A stretch of 64,000 nucleotides of DNA from assembly GCA_965232985.1 (NCBI GenBank), contig CBDDRC010000042.1, forward strand, positions 281,299 to 345,298. The letters are read 5' to 3'. Each line of letters starts with the position of its first letter. Position 1 is the stretch's first letter. The stretch is from an uncultured bacterium (GTDB lineage Bacteria; Pseudomonadota; Gammaproteobacteria; Pseudomonadales; JADFDG01). Below the pieces are notes generated by a model. The model saw nothing but the letters and a program-made list of their open reading frames with translations, was not told the DNA's origin and did not search any database. Positions 1-11,073 of the stretch are shown here, piece by piece. A program made the position numbers and the translations under genes.

Positions 1-209
1 ATTGGCTGCAGGAAGCCGGCGGCGTCGATGCGCGCGAAATGTTGCGCACCTTCAACTGCGGCATCGGCATGTGCATCGTGGTCGCCGCTGAAGATGCCGT
101 ACACGCGCAATCACTGCTGGCGGCCGAGGGCGAGACGGTCAACCTGATTGGTCGCATTGAAGCCGGCGCGCATGCAGAGGCCTATGTCGAACTCACCGGC
201 ATCGCGTAA
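1..209 (+). CDS. purM: phosphoribosylformylglycinamidine cyclo-ligase (AIR synthetase), C-terminal fragment cut by window edge
   Basis: Frame 3 reads ...WLQEAGGVDAREMLRTFNCGIGMCIVVAAEDAVHAQSLLAAEGETVNLIGRIE... to TAA at 207-209. RTFNCG(I/V)GM is the conserved PurM C-terminal motif. purN starts 13 nt downstream. Confidence 0.85.
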   Translation, partial: WLQEAGGVDAREMLRTFNCGIGMCIVVAAEDAVHAQSLLAAEGETVNLIGRIEAGAHAEAYVELTGIA

Positions 210-221
210 GGCTCCCGAACG

Positions 222-902
222 ATGAGCGCGCCGTTCCGTCTGGTGGTGCTGATCTCCGGCAGCGGCAGCAACCTGCAGGCCTTCATCGACCGCATCGCTG
301 ACGGCTCGCTGCCGGCGACGATCACCGCAGTCATCAGCAACAAACCCACCGCGTTCGGCCTGGTGCGCGCGCAGGATGCCGGCATTCCGACCGCAGTTGT
401 CGAGCATCGGGCCTATGCCACGCGCGCAGCATTCGACGCAGCCCTTGCACAACGCATTGATGAATACCAGCCGAACCTGGTCATTCTTGCCGGCTTCATG
501 CGCATCCTGACGCCGGCATTCGTGCAGCACTATCGGGGCCGGCTGCTCAATGTGCATCCGTCGCTGTTGCCACAGTTCACCGGCATCAATACCCACGCCC
601 GCGCGCTGGCCGCCGGGGCGACCGAGCATGGTTGCAGCGTCCACTTTGTCACCGAGGAACTGGACGGCGGGCCGGTGGTCGCACAGACGCGCGTGCCGGT
701 ACTTGCGGGCGATACCCCGGACACCTTGCGTGAACGTGTACAGGTAGCGGAGCATCGCCTCTACCCCAAGGTGGCTGGTTGGCTGGCGGCCGGCAGGCTT
801 GTGCTGTCCGCCAGTGGCCCGCTGCTTGACGGACGCCCTATTCTTCTTCCACAGGCGGCCACACAAGCAACCATGGAACCCGGCGATATCGCCCCGCAGT
901 GA
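222..902 (+). CDS. purN: phosphoribosylglycinamide formyltransferase
   Basis: 226-aa ORF with LVVLISGSGSNLQA near the N-terminus and NVHPSLLP...HGCSVHFVTEELDGGP, typical of GAR transformylase. It directly follows purM. Confidence 0.95.
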   Translation: MSAPFRLVVLISGSGSNLQAFIDRIADGSLPATITAVISNKPTAFGLVRAQDAGIPTAVVEHRAYATRAAFDAALAQRIDEYQPNLVILAGFMRILTPAFVQHYRGRLLNVHPSLLPQFTGINTHARALAAGATEHGCSVHFVTEELDGGPVVAQTRVPVLAGDTPDTLRERVQVAEHRLYPKVAGWLAAGRLVLSASGPLLDGRPILLPQAATQATMEPGDIAPQ

Positions 903-1654
903 AGCACGAGATGACCATGACACACCTGACCGGGATTCCTGCGCTGCTTGCCGTGACTTTCGCCACGCTCATCGCCGTATCCGCACGCGCCGAAGCGCCG
1001 CCCGGCTCGCTCAACCCCTTCGCTGCCACGTACGAAGTCAGCCTCAACAATCTGCCATTCAAAGCCCAGGCACACCAGACGCTCACGGCGCTGGGCAACA
1101 ATCGCTGGCATCTGGAACTGCGCGTCGAATCGTTTCTGCTCGATACCGTTGAAGTGTCCGATTTCCGCTGGGACGATGCGAACTGCCACACAGTTCCCGA
1201 GCACTATTCCTACCTGCGCAAGGGCATCGGCAAGAACCGCAGGCTCGACATGCAGTTTGATTTCGATGCCCACAGCGTCACCCGCACCGACGCCAAATCG
1301 ACATCGACCTTCCCGATCATCGAGGGGACCGAGGACAAGCTCGGTCACACGCTGGCCCTCGCCTGCCGCATCGCCCGCGGCGCGCGCGGCACCCTGGCCG
1401 TCGACGTTGCCTGGGATCACGATGTGCGTCATTTCGACTACGAAGTAGCGAGTGCCGAAGAAACCGTGAAGACACCCTTCGGCACGTACCAGGCCCTGCG
1501 CATGCAACGCCAGCGCGCCGACAGCGACCGTATCACCACCTCCTGGCTGGCCGAGACGGCCGGGTGGCAAGCAGTGCAGATGCAGCACACCGAAGGCGAT
1601 GGCCGACTGTTCCAGTTGCGCCTGCTCGATTTGACGCATGTTCCGGCGCGCTGA
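899..1654 (+). CDS. DUF3108-like secreted protein (paralog 1)
   Basis: 251-aa ORF with a signal peptide (IPALLAVTFATLIAVSARA). It resembles the DUF3108 family that commonly follows purN. The GTG at 899 overlaps the purN stop (GTGA); alternative ATG starts lie at 911 and 917. Confidence 0.7.
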   Translation: MKHEMTMTHLTGIPALLAVTFATLIAVSARAEAPPGSLNPFAATYEVSLNNLPFKAQAHQTLTALGNNRWHLELRVESFLLDTVEVSDFRWDDANCHTVPEHYSYLRKGIGKNRRLDMQFDFDAHSVTRTDAKSTSTFPIIEGTEDKLGHTLALACRIARGARGTLAVDVAWDHDVRHFDYEVASAEETVKTPFGTYQALRMQRQRADSDRITTSWLAETAGWQAVQMQHTEGDGRLFQLRLLDLTHVPAR

Positions 1655-2348
1655 TTTTGTCCGCCTGCTGGCGGCATTGACGCTGGCCGGTGCAGCGCAC
1701 GCCACGGATTTTGCGCCCACGCCTTTCCAGGCGACCTACAGCACGACACTCAACGGCGTGCCGCTGGGTATCGAACTGCATCTGGATCTCAAAAACGCCG
1801 GTGCCGATACCTGGGAACTCGGGCTGAGCGCCAATTCACTGCTGATGCATTATCTGGAAACGAGTCGTTTCCGCTGGCACGATTGCAGCGCCGACCCGCA
1901 GCGCTATCGCTTCGAATTTCGTGGCTTCGGCGTCAACCGCAAGTTGCAACTGGACTTTGATCACGACCAGCACATTGCAGCGGGCGAATCACGTCGTGGG
2001 CCGGTATCGTTCACCTTCACCCCGGATGCCACCGACGAGCTGGCGCTGACTTACGCCGCGCGCTGTCAGCTGCTGCAGGGCGCCACACAGGTAACGTTCA
2101 ATGTCGCGACCACAACCGGCATGAAGCAACTGACCTACCGCGTCGACGGCCATGAGCTGCTGAAAACACCGTACGGAAAACTGGACACCGTGCGCATCGT
2201 CCGGGTGCGCGAGCAAGGCGACAAGCGTCGCACACTGTTATGGGTGGCCCCGGCGCTTGACTACATCATGGTGAAGCTTGAGCACGTCGAAAAACTCGGC
2301 GTGCGCGGCACCGTGGTGCTGAAATCACTCGAAGGGATCACGCCCTAG
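1638..2348 (+). CDS. DUF3108-like secreted protein (paralog 2)
   Basis: 236-aa ORF with a signal peptide ([13 protein letters not shown]). It shares the layout of the upstream gene (F.A.Y...LNG.P..., F.WDD/HDC..., TP(F/Y)G). It overlaps the preceding gene by 17 nt. Confidence 0.7.
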   Translation: MFRRADFVRLLAALTLAGAAHATDFAPTPFQATYSTTLNGVPLGIELHLDLKNAGADTWELGLSANSLLMHYLETSRFRWHDCSADPQRYRFEFRGFGVNRKLQLDFDHDQHIAAGESRRGPVSFTFTPDATDELALTYAARCQLLQGATQVTFNVATTTGMKQLTYRVDGHELLKTPYGKLDTVRIVRVREQGDKRRTLLWVAPALDYIMVKLEHVEKLGVRGTVVLKSLEGITP

Positions 2349-2910
2349 GCAACGTTACGCCGCGCTGGCCCTGGTACTTGCCGCCGCGATCACGGTAGCT
2401 GGTCGCGCACACGTCATCTGCCGAGGATTCGAAGAACAGCATCTGCGCGACACCTTCATTGGCGTAGATCTTCGCCGGCAGTGTCGTGGTGTTGGAGAAT
2501 TCGAGCGTCACATGCCCTTCCCACTCCGGCTCCAGTGGCGTCACGTTGACGATAATGCCGCAGCGCGCGTATGTACTCTTGCCCAGACAAATCGTCAGTA
2601 CATTGCGCGGAATACGGAAATACTCGACGGTGCGGGCGAGCGCGAAGGAATTCGGCGGAATGATGCAGACATCACCCTTGATGTCGACAAAGCTGCGCGG
2701 ATCAAAAGATTTCGGATCGACGGTAGCCGAATAGGTATTGGTGAACACCTTGAACTCGTCGGCGCAACGCACGTCGTAGCCGTAACTCGACACCCCGTAC
2801 GAAATCACCTTGTGGCCCTGGTGATCGCGTACCTGCTGCGCCTCGAACGGTTCGATCATGCCGTGCTCCCGCGCCATGCGGGTAATCCAGCGGTCGGACT
2901 TGATGGTCAT
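2338..2910 (-). CDS. dcd: dCTP deaminase
   Basis: [23 protein letters not shown]...[16 protein letters not shown]...[31 protein letters not shown] matches Dcd along its whole length. I chose the start at MTIK (2910) rather than the track's upstream extension to 2997. Confidence 0.95.
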   Translation of the reverse strand: MTIKSDRWITRMAREHGMIEPFEAQQVRDHQGHKVISYGVSSYGYDVRCADEFKVFTNTYSATVDPKSFDPRSFVDIKGDVCIIPPNSFALARTVEYFRIPRNVLTICLGKSTYARCGIIVNVTPLEPEWEGHVTLEFSNTTTLPAKIYANEGVAQMLFFESSADDVCATSYRDRGGKYQGQRGVTLPRA

Positions 2911-3048
2911 GCACTTGCACTCCTCTTTCCTGCGCCCCACGCCGGAGGCCGCAAACGCCGGCCATGATACACGCCGCGATCCGGCCAGTCCCGGCACCGG
3001 AAACGGGTGTTATCCTCCTGCCGGTTTGCAGCCCAGGAGAATCCCGCG

Positions 3049-4722
3049 ATGAGCCTGATACATACCGGCAAAGACCTGCGGCGCCTCAATGAGATCGGCG
3101 GTGTGCTGTGGAAATACGGCTTCACCGACATCGTCGAGCGGCTCGACCTGCACTCTGCTGCCGATAACCCGCGCTTGTTCCGCTTCCGCGTCCCGAGTGA
3201 TATCGCCGCACTCTCGACCCCCGCACGGGTGCGCCGCGCCCTGGAGGAAATGGGCCCGACATTCGTGAAACTCGGCCAGATTCTCGCCACCCGCGTCGAC
3301 CTGCTGCCACAGGAATTCATCGCCGAGTTCGAGAAACTCCAGGACAATGTCCCACCGGTGCCGTTCGCTGCCCTCAAGCCGCAAATCGAGACGGCGCTCG
3401 GCAAGCCGCTCAATCAAGTGTTCGCGCATATCGACGAGCAACCGCTCGGCTCGGCTTCGATGGCACAGGTACATCGCGCCCGGACTCACCGTGGCGAGGA
3501 AGTGATACTCAAGATTCAGCGGCCCGGCATTACCGCCAAAATCGAATCAGACCTGCGCCTGGTTGAGCATGTGGTGCGCCTGGCGGTGAGCCAGTCCGTC
3601 GAACTGCGCCGTTACCGGCCCGTGGCAATAGTCGAAGAGTTTCGCCGCTCGCTGTACCGTGAACTCGACTTCACCACCGAGGCAAAGAACGCCGAGCGCA
3701 TGGCAACGAACATGAAAAGCCTGGAGTGGCTGCATATCCCAAGGGTGTACTGGGACTACACCAGCACCACACTCAATGTGCAGGAATATATCGACGGCAT
3801 CAGCGCGAAAAATCTTGCCGCCATCGACGCTGCCGGCCTTGATCGCAAGCTGATCGCCCGACGCGGTTGTCATCTGGTGTGGAAATCGATTCTGGAAGAC
3901 GGATTTTTTCACGCCGACCCGCATCCGGGCAATATCCTGATCCTGCCGAACAACCGCATCTGCCTGATCGATTTCGGCATGGTCGGCACGGTAACAACGG
4001 TGCGGCGCGCCCAACTGGTGCGCCTGATCAAAGGCGTGGTCATGCAGGATGGCGCCACTGCCGTGTCGGTGCTGGTGGAATGGGCTGAAGGTGCAGAAAT
4101 CAACGCACCGCAGCTGGGGGCTGACGCCGAGGCACTGATCTCGCAGTACTACGGCGTAAAACTCGCGCAAATCGACATTACCCAACTGCTCAGCGATGTC
4201 GTGGCGCTGATGCAGCGCCACGATCTGACGCTGCCCTCCGACGTCGCCCTGCTGCTCAAAGCCTGCCTCACGCTGGAGGGATTCGGCCGCAAACTCGATC
4301 CTGATCTCGATCTCATCGCCGCCGCCGAACCGCTGCTGCTGAAGATGCTCCGCGATCGCTACAGCCCGGTAAAACTGGTGCGCAAACTCGGCAACACTGC
4401 CTTGCGGCTGGTCGACAGGCTCTACGACGAGCCGGCGGCCAACATGAACCTGCCGCGCGCCGCCCAGGGGCCGCAGGTGTCGCCGCGACAGATGAGTTCC
4501 TATGTGACGCGGCTGGAAAAAGCCCAGCACCGCAACGTCCTGGCGACGATAATCGGCGGGCTGTCGATCAGCTCGGCGATTCTGCTGGTGAGCGATGTCG
4601 GCCCAACCCTGTTCGGCATCCACATCCTGCACGTACTCGGCGTGCTGGGCCTGATCGGCGTATGGACGGGTTTCTGGTGGTTGCTGCTGTCGATGTGGCA
4701 GAGCCAGAAGGATCGCAGCTGA
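3049..4722 (+). CDS. ABC1/UbiB-family atypical kinase with C-terminal transmembrane segments
   Basis: LEEMGPTFVKLGQILATRVDLLPQEFIAEFEKLQDNVPP...ASMAQVHRA...HADPHPGNILI...IDFGMVG are hallmark ABC1/AarF motifs. The C-terminus has two hydrophobic helices. Start taken at MSLIHTG (3049). Confidence 0.85.
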   Translation: MSLIHTGKDLRRLNEIGGVLWKYGFTDIVERLDLHSAADNPRLFRFRVPSDIAALSTPARVRRALEEMGPTFVKLGQILATRVDLLPQEFIAEFEKLQDNVPPVPFAALKPQIETALGKPLNQVFAHIDEQPLGSASMAQVHRARTHRGEEVILKIQRPGITAKIESDLRLVEHVVRLAVSQSVELRRYRPVAIVEEFRRSLYRELDFTTEAKNAERMATNMKSLEWLHIPRVYWDYTSTTLNVQEYIDGISAKNLAAIDAAGLDRKLIARRGCHLVWKSILEDGFFHADPHPGNILILPNNRICLIDFGMVGTVTTVRRAQLVRLIKGVVMQDGATAVSVLVEWAEGAEINAPQLGADAEALISQYYGVKLAQIDITQLLSDVVALMQRHDLTLPSDVALLLKACLTLEGFGRKLDPDLDLIAAAEPLLLKMLRDRYSPVKLVRKLGNTALRLVDRLYDEPAANMNLPRAAQGPQVSPRQMSSYVTRLEKAQHRNVLATIIGGLSISSAILLVSDVGPTLFGIHILHVLGVLGLIGVWTGFWWLLLSMWQSQKDRS

Positions 4723-4737
4723 TCCCGCGCGCGCCGC

Positions 4738-5838
4738 TTACTCCTCGGTGGAAGTCATGACCACTTTTGGAAACGCTCGCTTGCCGGCCACCGGCCGCAC
4801 GGCAAGCCGTGCCGCCACCCGGCGCGCGATGCGCCGATAGGCCAGCGCCACCGCGCTGTCCGGCGCGGCAATCACTGTCGGTCGGCCACTGTCGGCCTGC
4901 TCACGGATTTTTATGTCCAGCGGCAGGCTGCCGAGCAACTCACTCTGATATTCGCGCGCAATGCGCTCGCCACCGCCGGCGCCAAAAATGTGTTCAACCT
5001 GGCCGCAGTTCGAGCAGACATGCAGCGCCATGTTCTCGACCACACCGAGCACGGAAATATCGACCTTGCGAAACATCTCGATGCCACGCCGCGCATCGAG
5101 CGTGGCGATGTCCTGCGGCGTGGTGACGATTACCGCGCCGGCAACCGGAATTTTCTGGGCAAGCGTGAGCTGGATATCGCCGGTGCCCGGCGGCATATCG
5201 ATGACGAGGTAATCAAGATCGTGCCACAGCGTCTGCAACACCAACTGCAGCAGCGCGCCACTTTGTTTCGGGCCACGCATGACCATCGGTGTATCGTCGT
5301 TGACCATGTAAGCCATCGAAATAGACTGCAATCCCAACGCTTCGACGGGCTCGAAATATTTCTCCTCGCGGATACCCGGGCGCGTACCTTTTGGCACCCC
5401 CAGCATCATTTGCTGGCTGGGGCCGTGAATATCGGCATCCATGATGCCGACCCGGGCGCCTTCGGCAACCAGCGCCAGCGCCAGATTCACAGCGGTGGTC
5501 GATTTACCGACGCCGCCCTTGCCGGAGGCAACGGCGATGACGTTCTTCACCGCATCAAGACTGGCCATGCCGTTTTGCGCCTGGTGCGACTGGATACGCA
5601 TCTGCACATTCACGTCGACCGACTCGGCGCCGGCGGCCAATGCGGCGGCCCTGGTCTGGGCGATGAGGCCGTCCTGCAGGCCAGCACAGGGAAAGCCGGT
5701 GATGAGGGTGACAAAGGCGCGCTTGCCCGACGTCTTCACCTCGATGCCGACACCCGCGCCGGCAAGATCGCTGGCCAGATCATCGACCCGCATGGCAGCG
5801 AGGGCTTTACTGATACGTTTTTCGCTGGTTCCGAACAT
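4738..5838 (-). CDS. apbC: iron-sulfur cluster carrier protein ApbC/Mrp (P-loop NTPase)
   Basis: The C-terminal 366 aa of the 939-aa track ORF contain [31 protein letters not shown] and [14 protein letters not shown]...CSNCG. The ATG at 5838 is preceded by GGAG. The gene is divergent from metG, as in many proteobacteria. Confidence 0.9.
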   Translation of the reverse strand: MFGTSEKRISKALAAMRVDDLASDLAGAGVGIEVKTSGKRAFVTLITGFPCAGLQDGLIAQTRAAALAAGAESVDVNVQMRIQSHQAQNGMASLDAVKNVIAVASGKGGVGKSTTAVNLALALVAEGARVGIMDADIHGPSQQMMLGVPKGTRPGIREEKYFEPVEALGLQSISMAYMVNDDTPMVMRGPKQSGALLQLVLQTLWHDLDYLVIDMPPGTGDIQLTLAQKIPVAGAVIVTTPQDIATLDARRGIEMFRKVDISVLGVVENMALHVCSNCGQVEHIFGAGGGERIAREYQSELLGSLPLDIKIREQADSGRPTVIAAPDSAVALAYRRIARRVAARLAVRPVAGKRAFPKVVMTSTEE

Positions 5839-5991
5839 GCCGACGACTCCTGCGGACAGACCCGGCATTTTACGCACGCCGACGGCACAAAGCCCGACCC
5901 GGGACTGACCAATGCCGGCCAATGTCGAACAGAGCGCCGGTTTTTCCTCTATATTTGCCGCCTTCCCCGCACTGTTCGCAGCGAAATCCGC

Positions 5992-8049
5992 ATGACCGCG
6001 CCAGCCCGCCGCATTCTCGTCACCAGCGCCCTGCCCTACGCCAACGGGCCGATCCACCTTGGTCACCTGCTGGAGTACATCCAGACAGACATCTGGGTGC
6101 GCTTCCAGAAAATGCGCGGCCACACCTGCCACTACATCTGCGCCGACGATACCCACGGCACCGCCATCATGCTCAAGGCCGGACAACTGGGCATTACTCC
6201 GGAGCAACTGATTGCGCAGGTCAAGGCCGAGCACGAAGCCGATTTCGCCGATTTTCTGGTCGCGTTCGACAACTACCACAGCACGCACTCGCCGGAAAAT
6301 CGCGAGCTGGCCAACTGGGTCTACACGCAAAACCGTGACCGTGGCTACATCGTCAGCAAAACGATCACCCAGCTGTTCGATCCTCAAAAGCAGATGTTTC
6401 TGGCCGATCGCTTCGTCAAGGGCGAGTGTCCGAAATGCGGCGCCGCCGACCAGTACGGCGACAACTGCGAAGTGTGCGGCGCCACCTATGCCGCGCACGA
6501 GTTGAAAAATCCACGCTCGACCATTTCCGGCGCGGCGCCGGTAATGAAAGATGTCGAGCAACTGTATTTCGATCTGCCACAATTCCAGTCGCTGCTGGAG
6601 ACCTGGACGCGCGCAGGTGCGCTGCAGGACGAGATCGCCAACAAACTGGCCGAGTGGCTGCAAGCCGGGCTGCAACCCTGGGACATCTCGCGCGAGGCGC
6701 CCTATTTCGGTTTTGAAATTCCTGATCGGCCCGGCAAGTATTTTTATGTCTGGCTCGATGCGCCGATCGGCTATCTGGCCAGCTTTCGCAACCTGTGCGA
6801 GCGCGAGCCCGGCATTCGTTTTGATGACTACTGGGCGAAGGATGCAACCGCCGAGGTCCATCACTTCATCGGCAAGGACATCATCAATTTCCACGGCCTG
6901 TTCTGGCCGGCACTGCTGACCGGCGCCGGCCTGCGCACTCCGACGGCAATCCATGCGCACGGCTTCGTCACCGTGAATGGCCAGAAAATGTCGAAGTCGC
7001 GTGGCACTTTTATCAAGGCGCGCACTTACCTCGACTATCTGGACCCGCAGGCGCTGCGTTATTACTTCGCCGCCAAGCTCAATGCCCGCGTTGAGGATTT
7101 CGATATCAACCTGGAAGATTTCGCCCAACGGGTAAATGCCGATCTGGTCGGCAAGCTGGTGAATCTCGCCTCGCGCACCGCTGGTTTCGTCGGCAAGCTG
7201 GGCGGCAAACTCGCCGCGCACACCGGCAATCAGGCGCTGCTTGAGGAAGTACAGCGCGCCGCCGACATTCTCGCCGGCTATTACGAAGCGCGCGAGTTCG
7301 GCAAGGCAACCCGCGAAATCATGGCGCTTGCCGACAAGGCCAATCAATACATCGCCGACGCGGCGCCCTGGTCGCTGGCGAAGACGCCGGGCAATGAAGC
7401 GAAAGTGCTGGAAATCTGCACCGATGGCCTCAACCTGTTTCGCCTGCTGATGATCTACCTCAAACCGGTATTGCCGGCATTGGCGCAGGATGCGGAAGAA
7501 TTCCTTGCCATCGATCCACTGCGCTGGAGCGATGCGCGACACCTGCTGTTGCATCACGATATCAACGCTTTCAAACCGCTGCTGCAGCGGATCGACCCGC
7601 TACAGGTACAGAAAATGGTAGATGCCTCGAAAGACGGTCTCGAAGTAGCGCAGGCTGCCGCGCCGGGCAATGACAAACCGGCAACAGCTGCCGACGATAT
7701 CGCAGCGCAGCTCAGCCTTGATGATTTCATGAAGGTTGATCTGCGCATCGCCCGTATCGCCGCTGCCGAGCACATCGAAGGTGCCGACAAGCTGCTGAAG
7801 CTCACCCTTGATCTCGGCCATGCTGTTGGTGAAAACAACACCCGCACGGTATTCGCCGGCATCAAGAGCGCCTACAGCGATCCGGAACAGCTCGTTGGCC
7901 GTTTGACCCTGATGGTTGCCAACCTGGCACCGCGCAAGATGAAATTCGGGGTCAGCGAGGGCATGGTCCTCGCTGCCGGCCCGGGCGGGCAGGACATCTT
8001 CCTGCTGTCGCCCGATGCGGGTGCAAAACCCGGGATGAAGGTGAAATAA
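5992..8049 (+). CDS. metG: methionine--tRNA ligase with C-terminal tRNA-binding domain
   Basis: Starts [33 protein letters not shown] (HIGH-type motif). It has the CPKCG...CEVCG zinc knuckles and KMSKSRG, and a C-terminal [26 protein letters not shown] tRNA-binding domain. The track ORF's upstream 334 aa are spurious. Confidence 0.97.
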   Translation: MTAPARRILVTSALPYANGPIHLGHLLEYIQTDIWVRFQKMRGHTCHYICADDTHGTAIMLKAGQLGITPEQLIAQVKAEHEADFADFLVAFDNYHSTHSPENRELANWVYTQNRDRGYIVSKTITQLFDPQKQMFLADRFVKGECPKCGAADQYGDNCEVCGATYAAHELKNPRSTISGAAPVMKDVEQLYFDLPQFQSLLETWTRAGALQDEIANKLAEWLQAGLQPWDISREAPYFGFEIPDRPGKYFYVWLDAPIGYLASFRNLCEREPGIRFDDYWAKDATAEVHHFIGKDIINFHGLFWPALLTGAGLRTPTAIHAHGFVTVNGQKMSKSRGTFIKARTYLDYLDPQALRYYFAAKLNARVEDFDINLEDFAQRVNADLVGKLVNLASRTAGFVGKLGGKLAAHTGNQALLEEVQRAADILAGYYEAREFGKATREIMALADKANQYIADAAPWSLAKTPGNEAKVLEICTDGLNLFRLLMIYLKPVLPALAQDAEEFLAIDPLRWSDARHLLLHHDINAFKPLLQRIDPLQVQKMVDASKDGLEVAQAAAPGNDKPATAADDIAAQLSLDDFMKVDLRIARIAAAEHIEGADKLLKLTLDLGHAVGENNTRTVFAGIKSAYSDPEQLVGRLTLMVANLAPRKMKFGVSEGMVLAAGPGGQDIFLLSPDAGAKPGMKVK

Positions 8050-8061
8050 GCGGAGGCTGCG

Positions 8062-8709
8062 TTGGCAATACCGGCAGAACATGCAGCGGCCAGACAAACC
8101 TCTGCCGGCTCAGCAGCAGGCAAAAACGTCGCGTATATCCGCGAAGCCGAGTGCATCGGCTGCACCCTGTGCATTCATGCCTGTCCGGTGGATGCCATCC
8201 TCGGCGCCGCGCAGAAAATGCACACCGTCATCGCCGCTGAATGCACAGATTGCGACCTGTGCGTCGAGGCTTGCCCGGTAGACTGCATTGAAATGCACCC
8301 GCTCGCTGCGGCTATCGGTACGCCACCGGATTCGGCGCCGACACAAACCGATGCGCAAAAAGCCGAGCGCGCCAGGCAGCGCACCGAAGCGCGCAACGCA
8401 CGCATCGAGCGCCAGCAAGCAGAACGTGCAGCCAGGCGCAAAGCGCGTACCCAAACCATCTCCTTGCCCCCGGCAGCCCCCATTGTTGCCGGCGCCACCG
8501 ATCAACTGAAGCAACTCAAGGCCGTCGCCGCCATTCGCACCAGGCAATACAAGGACGCAACCCGCGCGTTGGCTGCCGCCGAACGACACGGTGCAAAGAA
8601 CCACGCAGAAATGCAGGCGCGCGTCGCGGGGCTCAAGCAGAAAGCCGATGAGGCGCGCGCCGCACTTGCTGCCTACGCTGCAACCTTGCCCACAACCCCC
8701 GGTGCGTAG
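8062..8709 (+). CDS. RnfB/RsxB-like 2x[4Fe-4S] ferredoxin with Ala/Arg/Gln-rich C-terminal extension
   Basis: Two CxxCxxCxxxCP motifs are present ([24 protein letters not shown]). The TTG start at 8062 is preceded by GGAGG (8053-8057). No other rnf genes lie nearby. Confidence 0.8.
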   Translation: MAIPAEHAAARQTSAGSAAGKNVAYIREAECIGCTLCIHACPVDAILGAAQKMHTVIAAECTDCDLCVEACPVDCIEMHPLAAAIGTPPDSAPTQTDAQKAERARQRTEARNARIERQQAERAARRKARTQTISLPPAAPIVAGATDQLKQLKAVAAIRTRQYKDATRALAAAERHGAKNHAEMQARVAGLKQKADEARAALAAYAATLPTTPGA

Positions 8710-8840
8710 CGAGCCCCCTTTCACAGCCCATCCCTTTCACATCCCCCGCGCCCCCCGCATAATCGCCGGCAGCAACGCTGTCGACGCCCATGCCGGCTCC
8801 AGTCATGCCTTATGTCCCATCTTCCTGCGGGGAAACGTCC

Positions 8841-10094
8841 ATGAAGAACGCCCTTGTCCTCCCGCTCGCCATTGCCATCGCCATGAGCCTTGCCGCCTGC
8901 GGCAAGAAGCCCGATCAGCCGGCAGCCGCCGACAACGCCGGCGATGCCGCCATCGTCACCGTGAAAATCGGGCAGGCCTCGCCGCTTACCGGCCAGCAGG
9001 CACTGCTGGGCAAGGACAACGAGAACGGCGCGCACCTTGCAATCGACGAACTCAACGCGCAGCAATTCCAGGTTGCTGGCAAACCGGTGCGCTTCGAGCT
9101 CGATTCGCAGGATGACCAGGCCGACCCGCGTCTGGCCACCACCATCGCGCAGCGTTTCGTCGATGCGAAAGTCAGCGCAGTGATCGGCCACCTCAACAGC
9201 GGCGCCTCGATCCCGGCATCCAAGATCTATGCCGATGCGGGCATCGTGCAGGTATCGCCGTCCGCCACCGCAATCAAGTACACCGCGCAAGGATACAAAA
9301 CAGCATTCCGGGTCATGGCAAACGATGCGCAGCAAGGCAAGGCGCTCGGCGAATATGCGCTTGTCGATATGAAAGCAAAGAAGATCGCGATCATTGACGA
9401 CCGCACCGCTTATGGTCAGGGCCTTGCCGACGAGTTCGAGAAATTCGTCGCTGCCCGCGACGCCCGCGTTGTAACGCGCGAGTACACCACCGACAAAGCC
9501 ACCGAGTTTTCGGCGATTCTTACCAAGATCAAGGGATTGAAACCGGATCTGGTTTTCTTCGGCGGCATGGCGCCGCAGGCAGGACCCATGGTGAAACAAA
9601 TGCGCCAGCTCGGCCTCAAGGCCTCTTTCCTCGGTGGCGATGGCGTGCGCGCCGAAGAATTTCACACCCTGGCCGGTGCCGACGCTGAAGGTGTCGTCGC
9701 GTCGCTGCCGGGCGTACCGCTTGAGAAGATGCCTGGCGGCACCGCATTCAAACAGAGATTCAACGCGCGCTTCGGCGAAATCCAGCAGTACGCACCTTAT
9801 GCCTATGACGCGATGATGGTGATCGCCGCAGCGATGCAGAAGGCCGGCGCCACCGATCCGGCACACTTTCTGCCGGCCTTGGCGAATGTCGATTACCAGG
9901 GCGTGACCGGCCCGATCCGCTTCGACGGGAAAGGCGACCTGATTGGCGGCTCGGTGACTTTGTATCGCATTGAGCACGGCCAGTGGATCACGGTACGTAC
10001 CATCAGCGGCGCGCCAGTTCCGGCGCCGGACCTGATCGCAACGGATCCCGCAGCGGCGGCGCAACCTGCAGCGGCACCCGCCACCGCGCACTAA
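8841..10094 (+). CDS. branched-chain amino acid ABC transporter substrate-binding lipoprotein (LivK/LivJ family)
   Basis: MKNALVLPLAIAIAMSLAACGKK has a lipobox. IGQASPLTGQQALLGKDNENGAHLAIDELN...IGHLNSG is typical of the Leu/Ile/Val-binding family. It lies upstream of livHMGF-like genes. Confidence 0.9.
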   Translation: MKNALVLPLAIAIAMSLAACGKKPDQPAAADNAGDAAIVTVKIGQASPLTGQQALLGKDNENGAHLAIDELNAQQFQVAGKPVRFELDSQDDQADPRLATTIAQRFVDAKVSAVIGHLNSGASIPASKIYADAGIVQVSPSATAIKYTAQGYKTAFRVMANDAQQGKALGEYALVDMKAKKIAIIDDRTAYGQGLADEFEKFVAARDARVVTREYTTDKATEFSAILTKIKGLKPDLVFFGGMAPQAGPMVKQMRQLGLKASFLGGDGVRAEEFHTLAGADAEGVVASLPGVPLEKMPGGTAFKQRFNARFGEIQQYAPYAYDAMMVIAAAMQKAGATDPAHFLPALANVDYQGVTGPIRFDGKGDLIGGSVTLYRIEHGQWITVRTISGAPVPAPDLIATDPAAAAQPAAAPATAH

Positions 10095-10143
10095 AGATCA
10101 CCCAACACCACAGGCCGGCCTATCATTTCCGGCACCCTCCCCG

Positions 10144-11073
10144 ATGGATATCTTCACCCAGCAACTTGCCAATGGCCTGATCCTCGGCAGCATCTACGCA
10201 CTGATCGCACTGGGTTACACCATGGTGTACGGCATCATGGGCTTGATCAATTTCGCCCACGGCGAAGTGGTGATGGTCGGCGCGATGATCGCAATCAGCG
10301 TGATCACGGCACTGAACGGGGCCGGCCTTGATCTGCCGGGGATACTGCTGGTCAGCGCCGGTCTGTTCGTTGCCATTCTTGCGTGCGCACTGCTTGGCTA
10401 CGGCATCGAACGCGTCGCTTATCGGCCGCTGCGCAACGCGCCCAGACTCGCGCCGCTGATCACCGCCATTGGTGTGTCCATCGTGCTGCAGAATCTGGCG
10501 ATGCTGTTCTGGGGCCGCGGCTATAAACCGTTTCCTGCCGTGTTGCCCCAAGACAGCTTCGAGTTGTTCGGTGCGCACCTGACCCCGGTCAAAGTGGCGA
10601 TCGTCATCGTCTCGTTCCTGTTGATGCTCGGCCTGTGGTTGCTGGTCGAGCGAACCAAACTCGGCCGTGCGATGCGCGCCACGGCGCAAAATCCGCGCGC
10701 CGCGCAACTGATGGGTGTCGATACCAACCGCATCATCGCCGCAACATTCATCATCGGCTCGATGCTCGGCGCCGTGGCCGGTGTCATGGTCAGCGCCAAT
10801 TACGGCCAGGCCGATCCATACATGGGTTTCATGCTGGGTCTCAAGGCTTTTGCCGCCGCCGTGCTCGGCGGCATCGGCAACCTCGGCGGCGCCGTGCTGG
10901 GCGGCCTGCTGCTGGGCGTGATCGAAAGCCTCGGCGCCGGTTACATCGGCGATCTCACCGGTGGCGTGCTCGGCAGCAATTATCAGGACATCTTTGCCTT
11001 CCTGGTGCTGATCGGCGTACTGGTATTCCGGCCTTCGGGGCTGCTTGGCGAGCGGGTCGCAGAGCGGGCATGA
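10144..11073 (+). CDS. livH: branched-chain amino acid ABC transporter permease
   Basis: 309-aa polytopic membrane protein. MDIFTQQLANGLILGSIYALIALGYTMVYGIMGLINFAHGE is the characteristic LivH N-terminus. Confidence 0.9.
   Translation: MDIFTQQLANGLILGSIYALIALGYTMVYGIMGLINFAHGEVVMVGAMIAISVITALNGAGLDLPGILLVSAGLFVAILACALLGYGIERVAYRPLRNAPRLAPLITAIGVSIVLQNLAMLFWGRGYKPFPAVLPQDSFELFGAHLTPVKVAIVIVSFLLMLGLWLLVERTKLGRAMRATAQNPRAAQLMGVDTNRIIAATFIIGSMLGAVAGVMVSANYGQADPYMGFMLGLKAFAAAVLGGIGNLGGAVLGGLLLGVIESLGAGYIGDLTGGVLGSNYQDIFAFLVLIGVLVFRPSGLLGERVAERA

Noticed and set aside
4738-8049. Two giant overlapping ORFs in the track: 939 aa on the minus strand (4738-7557) and 1019 aa on the plus strand (4990-8049).
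   Set aside because: Only the C-terminal 366 aa of the minus ORF (ApbC/Mrp motifs) look like protein, and only the C-terminal 685 aa of the plus ORF (MetRS motifs). The remainder is each gene read antisense or upstream of a good RBS/ATG. Long stop-free antisense frames are expected in high-GC DNA.
8721-10091. Long antisense ORFs shadowing real genes. Examples: 761-1720, 3547-4632, 8721-10091, 14363-15775, 16044-17405, 23343-24491, 35209-36375, 41109-42275, 51612-52889, 54561-56117 and 62248-63633.
   Set aside because: Their translations are Arg/Ala/Gly/His-rich with no recognisable motifs. In each case the opposite-strand frame carries clear family signatures, signal peptides or TM helices, plus GC-rich third codon positions.
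10635-11069. A 145-aa N-terminal extension of the livM ORF (track ORF 10635-12152).
   Set aside because: The extension is an alternative frame through livH and is Arg/Gly/His-rich nonsense. The ATG at 11070 overlaps the livH stop and begins the conserved LivM sequence.
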